Of a stretch of 11,348 nucleotides of DNA, positions 1 to 6,508 are shown in pieces. The stretch is taken from NCBI GenBank assembly GCA_042216015.1, contig JBDGUI010000022.1, positions 1-11,348 of the forward strand, in the 5' to 3' direction. This stretch comes from Halodesulfurarchaeum sp. (lineage in GTDB: Archaea; Halobacteriota; Halobacteria; Halobacteriales; Halobacteriaceae). A program made the position numbers and the translations under genes. The notes under the pieces were generated by a model. It searched no databases. It was not told the DNA's origin and saw nothing but the letters and a program-made list of their open reading frames with translations. Position 1 is the stretch's first letter, and every line of letters begins with the position of its first letter.

Positions 1-13
1 CCCGGCGAGTCCA
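1..13 (+). tRNA. 3' end (T-stem 3' strand, acceptor stem, discriminator) of a probable tRNA-Ala, truncated by the window edge
   Basis: CCCGGCGAGTCCA matches the 3' end I recall for haloarchaeal tRNA-Ala(GGC) (...GGGTTCAAATCCCGGCGAGTCCA). A near-copy at 73-88 (AATCCCGGCGAATCCA) keeps the preceding T-loop bases AAT. Only 13 nt are visible and the anticodon is outside the window. Confidence 0.6.
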
Positions 14-72
14 CTCGGCTCACTTCGATCGTTTCGTTCCCTCGTCGTCTTCCCGCTCGCTCCACTCGCGGG

Positions 73-88
73 AATCCCGGCGAATCCA
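73..88 (+). repeat. Degenerate direct repeat of the tRNA 3' end (att-like)
   Basis: CCCGGCGAATCCA (76-88) versus CCCGGCGAGTCCA (1-13): 12/13 identical. A shorter third copy, CGAGTCCACT at 293-302, is identical to 6-15. Confidence 0.75.
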
Positions 89-182
89 TGCACCATTTTA
101 CTCGTCGGGTTCGCCTCCGGCGAACCGCTCCTCGTTAAAATCTGCACCAAAAAAGCCGCAGCCGCGAGCCGAAGGCTCGCGG
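89..182. repeat. Hairpin repeat unit 1 (REP/MITE-like palindromic element)
   Basis: Stem GGTTCGCC 108-115 / GGCGAACC 119-126, enclosed by TTTTA 96-100 / TAAAA 136-140 and TGCA 89-92 / TGCA 143-146. Followed by AAAAGCCGCAGCC (151-163) and the perfect hairpin CCGCGAGCC-GAA-GGCTCGCGG (162-182). Confidence 0.75.
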
Positions 183-216
183 AACGCGTCCCGCGGTGTG
201 TCACCGCCCCACTCCG

Positions 217-262
217 GCGTGATATGTGGTCTGGGGGTTGCGTGATTTGTGGTCTGGGGGTT
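217..262. repeat. 23-bp tandem duplication
   Basis: GCGTGATATGTGGTCTGGGGGTT (217-239) is immediately followed by GCGTGATTTGTGGTCTGGGGGTT (240-262), with one mismatch. Confidence 0.95.
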
Positions 263-306
263 TTCAGGGGGAGAGACCGACGCTAACACCGCCGAGTCCA
301 CTTCCA

Positions 307-417
307 CTTTTTCCGTCACGGGTTTCACTGATCCTCGGGTTTCCTCGGTCGCCTGCGGCGACTTGCAGAAACCTCTCGGTTGGAAAACCGTGGGGAAAAG
401 CCGCAGCCCTCGAGGCT
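307..417. repeat. Hairpin repeat unit 2, related to unit 1
   Basis: Nested stems: CTTTTTCC 307-314 / GGGAAAAG 393-400 (one G-T pair), CACGGGTTTC 317-326 / GAAAACCGTG 383-392 (one mismatch), GGTTTC 338-343 / GAAACC 368-373, and GTCGCC 348-353 / GGCGAC 357-362. Contains the same AAAAGCCGCAGCC at 396-408. Confidence 0.75.
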
Positions 418-474
418 CAGCGAAAACCTCCACACACCCTTATGTCGGCCGAGACCGTCTATCCCGGTGCCAAG

Positions 475-816
475 ATGACAACACGCAATTCCACAGATTC
501 CCTGCTCCGAATCCTGCTCGTGGTCCTCGCGGCCATCATCCTTGTCCCGGTCCTGATGATGGCGTTCGCGGTTCCAATGGTTTGGGGTGGCGGAATGATG
601 GGGGGATACGGGGCCACGCCGGTCTGGAGTATCGGCATGTCGCTCGTCTGGCTTGCCATCCTCGTCGGAATCGGGTTCATGTTCTACCGGTGGCTGAGTG
701 GCGGTCCGGGCGTCGCCGAAGACCCGGCACTCGAGGAACTTCGGCTCGCGTACGCTCGGGGTGAACTTTCCGAAGAGGAGTTCGAAACTCGTCGGGAAAA
801 ACTCGGGGGCGACTGA
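475..816 (+). CDS. SHOCT-domain membrane protein (2 TM, Met/Gly-rich loop), 113 aa
   Basis: From ATG 475: MTTRNSTDSLLRILLVV..., two hydrophobic helices and a C-terminal DPALEELRLAYARGELSEEEFETRREKL typical of SHOCT. The upstream extension to 226 in the ORF track runs through the repeats and is not protein-like. Confidence 0.9.
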   Translation: MTTRNSTDSLLRILLVVLAAIILVPVLMMAFAVPMVWGGGMMGGYGATPVWSIGMSLVWLAILVGIGFMFYRWLSGGPGVAEDPALEELRLAYARGELSEEEFETRREKLGGD

Positions 817-824
817 AAGGAATA

Positions 825-1730
825 TCAGGACTGCCCGTCCAGATACGAAAGCACTCCCCGGACGTTCATCCGGGCCTCCGCTCGACCCTTGATCGGACCC
901 CAGGCGTCGACCGTCTCGGTTCGCTCGGCGAAATACTCGAGCGTGGCCTCCGCCCCGAGTTCCGCACGCTTCTCGCCGACCGAATCGACCCACCCCTCGA
1001 GCACCTCGGCGTACCGGGAGAGCAATCCATCCGGTTCGTGATCCCCGAAATGGGCCAAGTAGAGCGCGTTCGGTTCGAGTGACTCGATGGTCTCGAGATC
1101 CGCGAGACAGCCCTCCAGGTCGAAGTCGGGCGGCGGACTCGAAGGCCGGACTCGATCGAGGCCAGGGGTGAGAATGCCGACAGCGTCGCCGGTGAATACG
1201 CCGCCCGTCGTCCGGTCCTCGAACACGAACTGGTGGAACGCGTGGCCCGGTGCGGGGTGGGCGAGTAACTCGTGATCCCCGAGATCGATTCGATCCCCGG
1301 CTTCGAGTTCGACGATCCGCCCCGCCGCGACCGGGCGGGGCTCGACGTAGAACTGAATCTGGTCCCCGACGGCCGTCTTCGTCCCATCCCAGAGCCGACC
1401 CGGATCGACGAGGTGTTTTGCCCCCTTCTCGTGGACGTAGACCTCCGCGTTCGGGCACACCTCGAGAAGATGACCGGCCCCGCCCGCGTGGTCGAGGTGG
1501 ACGTGGGTCAACACGATCACCTCGAGATCCCCGGGGGCGATATCCAGCTGGGAGAGGGCGTCGAGAACCACGTCCACGTTCGCCCCGGTCCCGGTGTCGA
1601 TCACGGCCGGTCGCTCGGCGTCGATAATGTAGACGGAACAGTAGGTGGCCGGATCGAAATCGCCCGTCTCGACGTAATAGAGGTCACGGCTGTTCCCCGC
1701 AGTTGCCCGGTGGAGTTCGGGCTGTGACAT
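825..1730 (-). CDS. Metallo-beta-lactamase (MBL) fold metallo-hydrolase, 301 aa
   Basis: Motifs VIDTG, THVHLDHAGG (HxHxDH), PGHA, FTGD and LAHFG; acidic composition. Start taken at ATG 1730 (MSQPEL...), which avoids overlap with the upstream SHOCT gene. Substrate unknown. Confidence 0.93.
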   Translation of the reverse strand: MSQPELHRATAGNSRDLYYVETGDFDPATYCSVYIIDAERPAVIDTGTGANVDVVLDALSQLDIAPGDLEVIVLTHVHLDHAGGAGHLLEVCPNAEVYVHEKGAKHLVDPGRLWDGTKTAVGDQIQFYVEPRPVAAGRIVELEAGDRIDLGDHELLAHPAPGHAFHQFVFEDRTTGGVFTGDAVGILTPGLDRVRPSSPPPDFDLEGCLADLETIESLEPNALYLAHFGDHEPDGLLSRYAEVLEGWVDSVGEKRAELGAEATLEYFAERTETVDAWGPIKGRAEARMNVRGVLSYLDGQS

Positions 1731-1753
1731 GCCCGTAAATTGGGGAAGGGGTC

Positions 1754-2146
1754 TCAAAAACGTCCCTGCTGTCGTTCGTGGGGCCGGTGACCCTTCCGAT
1801 GACACCAACCGCGGCCCGTTCGGTCCGACCGGCGGGCTGGACGGTTCGCCTCGGTATCCTGTTCCGGAGTCCCAGTCCGAGTCGATTCCCGGGTTCGAGT
1901 CCCCGCGGTTGGCTCGGGCACTGAATCTGCCTCGTCCGTCTCGTACAGCCGTTTGGCCCGGCGCTCGAGCGTTTCGATGTCGATCGCTCCCTCGACGTAG
2001 CGTTGTTTGAGAGCCTCTATTGCCTCTTCACCGCTCGTTGTGCCCTCGCGGGCCGACGGGTCCACTCTCCCCACCTCGGCTCTGTAACCAGCGAACCCGA
2101 GAAGGGTGAATCCGAGCACGACGACGAAACCCAGCCACAGCAACAT
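1754..2146 (-). CDS. SHOCT-domain membrane protein (1 N-terminal TM), 130 aa
   Basis: Hydrophobic N-terminus, then EEAIEALKQRYVEGAIDIETLERR (SHOCT-like), then a low-complexity Thr/Arg-rich tail. Confidence 0.78.
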   Translation of the reverse strand: MLLWLGFVVVLGFTLLGFAGYRAEVGRVDPSAREGTTSGEEAIEALKQRYVEGAIDIETLERRAKRLYETDEADSVPEPTAGTRTRESTRTGTPEQDTEANRPARRSDRTGRGWCHRKGHRPHERQQGRF

Positions 2147-2229
2147 TGGTGAGTCCCGGTAGGGGCTCGGGTGTTACCCCGCTGGCGCTTTCGATCAGTA
2201 AGTCACTCGTCCCCGACAGTTTGGAGACA

Positions 2230-3000
2230 TCAGGAAAGCAGCGGCGGCACGGCATCGACGAGCAACAGGACCGCGACCGCGAACACCAGCACCGATGCCA
2301 CGATCTGGAACATCGCGTGATAGCGCTCCCCCTTTCGCCTCGTACGTTTGGAGAGGGAGCCTACGCCGCTCCCGATCGCCGCCATGCTCGCGACGATGGA
2401 GATCGTGTAGGCCGCGACGACCCCGACGACGAGTGTGCCTCCCCGGTTGCTCATGACCACCGAGATGAACGCGATCATCGACACGGGCGGTGAGAGGGTG
2501 AAAAGCGCCCCGATCGTGCCGATCTTGAGGTACTCGAGGACGCCGTGATCGTGGGCGTGATCGCCGTGAGCGTCCATCGCGTCACCTTGCTCACCGCTCC
2601 CTGTCCCGCCCGGTGACCCGATCGGCAGGTGAACGTGGACGTGAGAGTGGGGCCCAGCGCCGTGTTCGTGTTCGTGGCGGTGGAGCAGTCGTCGAGTGCC
2701 CGTCACCCCCAGATACAGGCTGAGCATGGCCAGGATCGTTCCCACGACGAGCAGGCCGAATTGCTCGAGCACCGGTGGAAACCTGGTCGCTCCGAAGAGA
2801 AGCAGGGCCGTCCCGACCCAGATCACGACCAGGATCGCGTGACCGATCGCGAAGCAGCCGCCGACGATCGCCGAGAGTTTCGGATCCGCGGCCTCGTGGG
2901 TGAGTGCCGCGATGACGGCGACGTGATCGGGCTCGATGGCGTGAGTGATCCCGAGCACGCCGGCCGAGACGAACAGTCCGAGCCCCACAGTCGGATCCAT
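2230..3000 (-). CDS. NiCoT/UreH-like nickel/cobalt transporter with His-rich loop, 256 aa
   Basis: GITHAIEPDH resembles the HAxDxDH signature and FAIGH resembles the FxxGH motif. About 6 TM helices and a central HRHEHEHGAGPHSHVHVH...HGDHAHDH loop. Direction of transport cannot be read from the sequence. Confidence 0.85.
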   Translation of the reverse strand: MDPTVGLGLFVSAGVLGITHAIEPDHVAVIAALTHEAADPKLSAIVGGCFAIGHAILVVIWVGTALLLFGATRFPPVLEQFGLLVVGTILAMLSLYLGVTGTRRLLHRHEHEHGAGPHSHVHVHLPIGSPGGTGSGEQGDAMDAHGDHAHDHGVLEYLKIGTIGALFTLSPPVSMIAFISVVMSNRGGTLVVGVVAAYTISIVASMAAIGSGVGSLSKRTRRKGERYHAMFQIVASVLVFAVAVLLLVDAVPPLLS

Positions 3001-3317
3001 GCGATTCCATCAACTGGGCGAGGTGACTTGACGGCCCACCCTCGTTTCCAGATCGTGAGAATGGATGGAATGGGAGTCAATCACACCGGGGCGAATGTAT
3101 CCTCCCGCCTGTAAAGCGGGTTCTTCGCCGCGCGGACCCCGGCAATCCTCAATCTCGCTGCCATCGTTCCCCCATATTGTGGAGCGGGTGGCGACCACCC
3201 GGACGGACGAGAAATGGATCGAAAAGGCCGCTAACATCCGTGATCTTCCGTCGACCTGCCAAATAGTGGATGGTTGCTACCACCACAGTAAAGGGTCCCA
3301 CCGTCACTATTCCGGGT

Positions 3318-3680
3318 ATGAACGTGGAACCCACCGGATCCAGCGCGGAGACCCTGACGTTCACCGAGGCGGCCATCGACGAGGCCCGGAGGGCGATGGC
3401 GCGTGAATCCCTCGATCCCGCCGAGAACGGCCTTCGAATCGTCGCCCGAGAGAAAAACTGCGACTGTGGCTCGATGGCCTACGGAATGCACTTCGAGCCC
3501 GATCCCCGTCCCGAGGACGAGGTGATCGACCACGGGGAGATCCAGGTGTTCGTCGACCCGGGGAGCTACGAACACGTCGACGGAGCGACTGTGGATTACG
3601 TCTCCGGCCCGGGCCGTGAGGGATTCATCGTGGAGGTGCCTCGGTCGGACGGGGGCTGTGGGTGCGGCGGCCATCACTGA
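3318..3680 (+). CDS. HesB/IscA-family (A-type) Fe-S cluster carrier protein, ~120 aa
   Basis: LTFTEAA, GLRI, VFVDPGSYEHVDGATVDYV, GF and C-terminal GCGCG motifs. ATG 3318 is preferred over 3270 because of the family N-terminus and a weak A/T-rich GTAAAG at 3288-3293, the position expected for a leaderless transcript. Start is uncertain. Confidence 0.9.
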   Translation: MNVEPTGSSAETLTFTEAAIDEARRAMARESLDPAENGLRIVAREKNCDCGSMAYGMHFEPDPRPEDEVIDHGEIQVFVDPGSYEHVDGATVDYVSGPGREGFIVEVPRSDGGCGCGGHH

Positions 3681-3889
3681 CTGGGTCAGGTTACCATTTG
3701 TCCTTTCCGAGGGCCGGTTATTCGTTACGAGGACGAGGCCGCCGGAGCCCGGGGCTGCACAATGATCGCCACCGTCGATCGACGAACGAAGGGTTCCCGA
3801 GGGGTGGATCGACGCGATCGGCGCCATTCGTGCCTCGAGAGGTCTGGATTTCCCGGACGCAAAGTCAGTTTTGCTGGGCCATTGCGGAG

Positions 3890-5878
3890 TCAGATTCCCT
3901 GGAACCCCAGTTCCCGTTCGGCCGTCCGATCGGTCCGACAGGTTGGACAGACCTCGAGGTCCAGCGTTTCGAGGGCCGCCTCGTCGAGCTGTTCGCGCAT
4001 GGCGTCCAGTCCGTCCCGGGGGGCAAAGGGATCGCCACAGACCGTACACTCGACCATCTCCTTTTCGACGATCGGGCGCCGGTCGGGTACCGTCCCGTCA
4101 CCGATCGCCATCCGCCCGGTGACGGTCATGACGTCTTCGGGGCACGCGGTCTCACAGTGGCCACAGCCCAGACAGGCCCCCGAATCGAAGGCAAGCGTTC
4201 CGGTCGTCTGTTCGAGGGCGTCGGTCGGACAGACGTCCTGGCAGGTCGAACAGAGGGTGCAGCCGTCCGCATCGACGGTCACTGCTCCCCCGCCCGGGAC
4301 CGCAACCTGCTTCTCACTCCTGCCGTGACCGGCCGCAAGCGCGACGCTCGCACGCACGCCAAGTTCGTGGCGAGAGCCACTCTCGACGCTTCCTGTCGAC
4401 ACCGATTCGATCGGCTCCCCGAGCAACCCATCCATGAGGGCCGCGAGCGAATCCTGATCGGTGGTATCGCTCACCCGCACCCGCTCGCCCAGCCCCAGAT
4501 CCGAGAGAGCCTGATTCGCCTGGCGGGCAGCGTCTTCGACCGGTTCCGTGGCTCGGTCCGGGTCGCTGGCCAGGACGACGCCATCCGCCCCCAGTGCGAC
4601 CGCGTAGATGGCGGCCACGTCGGGCACCGAGAGCACGTTCGGCACCTCGATGGGGACCATCGCCGGGACCGCCCGCGAGGAGAGCGTGGCCCGAAAGGCG
4701 GGCGCGATCGCCTCGCTGACGAACGCCACGCCGAAGGGCGTCGAATCGGCCCCCCACGGGAATCGCGAACCACCGGACGCCTCAATGATCGGTTCCAGAG
4801 CGGCCTCCACCACGCGGGCCGTCGTCGCGACGTCATACACGCGGGTCGGTTCGATCGAGTCGGTCGGACAGACCGAAACACAGGTTCCACAGGCGACACA
4901 ACGATCCGGCTCGATCGAGACCCCGCCGTCATGAGAGAGCGAGATGGAGATGGCGTCGTTGGGACAGGCCTCCTCGCAGGCCGAACAGCCCTCGTTTCCG
5001 ACCGTGCCAACTGCACAGGTCTCCGGCTCGACGGAGACCTCCGGCCGGGCTCGCATCCGTGCGGCACGGCGGACGGCCCCGGTGACGCCCGTCCGGATGG
5101 CGTGCACCCAGCGATCGCCCACGAGTGGACCGTCGTAACCGGGCCAGACCACCTGTGTCGCGTCGAGTTGCTCGACGATCGGGTCAGTTGTTGGCCTGAT
5201 GGCGCTTTCCGGACAGACTCCCGGTTCGACCCCCGCTCCGAGGACCTGAACGGGGACTGCAGCTGTCTCCTCGGGATACTGCCGGAAACAGCGGCCACAT
5301 TCGGTACAGTCCTCAGTCACCCGTCGCTCGACCCGCACCGAATACCCGCCCGCCTTTCGCGCAAGTTCCGTCGGGATGCCAGTCCGCACCGTGACCGCCG
5401 CGGGAAGCGTGACATCCCCCAGATCGGTCCCGTCGGTGAGAAGGGTCACGTCGACCGTCCCGGCCAGGTCGCGGGCCACAAGCGGGTCTCCGATCACCAC
5501 GACGTGGGCCGTCCCGGGTTCCGGATCGGCGGGGAAATCCCGTTGAGCCTCCATTCCCGCCAGGGCGGCGTTGGCCGATCCCGCGACGATCGCCGTCGCC
5601 GTGTCCTCGTCCTGGGCCTCGCCGATGAAGGGGCTGACCCTGTCGGTTAGATAATCCGCCTCGCGGAGACTCGTCTGCAGGTCCTCGACCGCCGGATCCC
5701 GTCCGGCCACGAACAGGACCCGGTCGGTGGTGGTGGCCTCGATGCGCTCGGCGATTTCCTCCACGTGCGCACCGACGTCACCCGTGACGATGGCATCGTC
5801 GACGTCGAGCGCCGACGCGACGTCGTCTCGGTCCATCTGGGCCGTCCCACGACAGTCACTGACGACGGCGACCGTCAT
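3890..5878 (-). CDS. FDH-associated multi-[4Fe-4S] protein with degenerate HdrA-like N-terminus and MvhD-like domain, 662 aa
   Basis: Cys motifs CTECGRC...VCP, CAVGTVGNEGCSACEEACP, CVACGTCVSVCP, CTLCSTCQDVCP, CLGCGHCETACP and C-terminal CTVC...CPTC. Contains ALGADGVVLA. ATGA overlap with the TorD gene and SD GGGGGTG at 5884-5890. Confidence 0.9.
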   Translation of the reverse strand: MTVAVVSDCRGTAQMDRDDVASALDVDDAIVTGDVGAHVEEIAERIEATTTDRVLFVAGRDPAVEDLQTSLREADYLTDRVSPFIGEAQDEDTATAIVAGSANAALAGMEAQRDFPADPEPGTAHVVVIGDPLVARDLAGTVDVTLLTDGTDLGDVTLPAAVTVRTGIPTELARKAGGYSVRVERRVTEDCTECGRCFRQYPEETAAVPVQVLGAGVEPGVCPESAIRPTTDPIVEQLDATQVVWPGYDGPLVGDRWVHAIRTGVTGAVRRAARMRARPEVSVEPETCAVGTVGNEGCSACEEACPNDAISISLSHDGGVSIEPDRCVACGTCVSVCPTDSIEPTRVYDVATTARVVEAALEPIIEASGGSRFPWGADSTPFGVAFVSEAIAPAFRATLSSRAVPAMVPIEVPNVLSVPDVAAIYAVALGADGVVLASDPDRATEPVEDAARQANQALSDLGLGERVRVSDTTDQDSLAALMDGLLGEPIESVSTGSVESGSRHELGVRASVALAAGHGRSEKQVAVPGGGAVTVDADGCTLCSTCQDVCPTDALEQTTGTLAFDSGACLGCGHCETACPEDVMTVTGRMAIGDGTVPDRRPIVEKEMVECTVCGDPFAPRDGLDAMREQLDEAALETLDLEVCPTCRTDRTAERELGFQGI

Positions 5879-6474
5879 TGGCGCACCCCCTGCCGATCCG
5901 CGTCGAAGGCCACCAGACCCGACACCATCTCGGCAATCGCCTCGAAGTACGGCTCCTCGGTGGCCTCCCGGATGTCCTCGCCGAGGTCGGCGAACCAGTC
6001 CCCGTGGGATTCGAGAAAGGCCTGCTTTCGCGTTTCGCTCTCGGCCGTGAGTTCGCGCAACGCGGCGAGTTCCACGGCGGCGTGGTCGGCCTCCTCCTTG
6101 AGATCCGGGGCGGGAGCGATCCCGAGTTGTTTGTAGGTCTCCGTCACGGCCGCGAGCGGTTCGCCGAGATACTCACCCGCGTAGTAGGACTCGTGGATCT
6201 GTAACTTCGGGCGAGGACCCACGAAGAGGCGGGTGAATTCGACGGCGAGTCGGTCTGCCTCCGCTGCCGGATCACTGACGGACTCACCCCATTCCCCGAG
6301 CCTCTCGAGTCCGGACTGCAACTGGTCGTTCGGGGCGAGTTCGGGGTCCGGGAGCGGGCCCGCCGCGAGCCTCTCGACTGTCGACTCCTCGGGTGGATCC
6401 GCAAGCGCACCCGAGAGGAGATCATAGAGCTGTGCCAGCGTCGCGTCGTCGGTCGGTGTGTCCTCGGAATTCAT
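5875..6474 (-). CDS. TorD/DmsD-family redox enzyme maturation chaperone, 199 aa
   Basis: EFTRLFVGP, HESYY and EEADHAAVEL (ExxDH) motifs; lies in an operon with a Tat-exported molybdoenzyme. Confidence 0.93.
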   Translation of the reverse strand: MNSEDTPTDDATLAQLYDLLSGALADPPEESTVERLAAGPLPDPELAPNDQLQSGLERLGEWGESVSDPAAEADRLAVEFTRLFVGPRPKLQIHESYYAGEYLGEPLAAVTETYKQLGIAPAPDLKEEADHAAVELAALRELTAESETRKQAFLESHGDWFADLGEDIREATEEPYFEAIAEMVSGLVAFDADRQGVRQ

Positions 6475-6508
6475 GATTCACTGATCGGTTCCGAAAGTTC
6501 ATAGCGTC

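Noticed and set aside
217..392. Replication origin (ORB G-strings, GAAAC motifs)
   Set aside because: There is no full TCCA-N3-GAAAC-G-string box, no AT-rich unwinding element and no orc1/cdc6 gene in the window.
1..417. CRISPR array interpretation of the repeats
   Set aside because: The repeats are short (10-13 bp) and irregularly spaced, or tandem with no spacer. No cas genes are in the window.
226..474. N-terminal extension of the 196-aa ORF, and ORFs 98..433 and 249..764
   Set aside because: They run through the repeat/hairpin region and lack the acidic composition or any motif. The recognisable SHOCT protein starts at 475.
825..1730. Beta-lactamase / antibiotic resistance call
   Set aside because: Only the generic MBL fold motifs are present. 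There is no signal peptide, and archaea lack the beta-lactam target.
3035..3051. ORB-like CTGGAAACGAGGGTGGG on the minus strand
   Set aside because: It is a single half-match lacking the 5' TCCA, with no partner box and no adjacent orc1/cdc6.
3010..3406. Short ORFs in the divergent intergenic region (3010..3237, 3065..3406, 3149..3376)
   Set aside because: No motifs, atypical composition, and two of them overlap the HesB/IscA gene.
3662..5650. 662-aa plus-strand ORF
   Set aside because: Arg/Gly-rich antisense shadow of the polyferredoxin gene, as expected in high-GC DNA. The identical length is coincidental.
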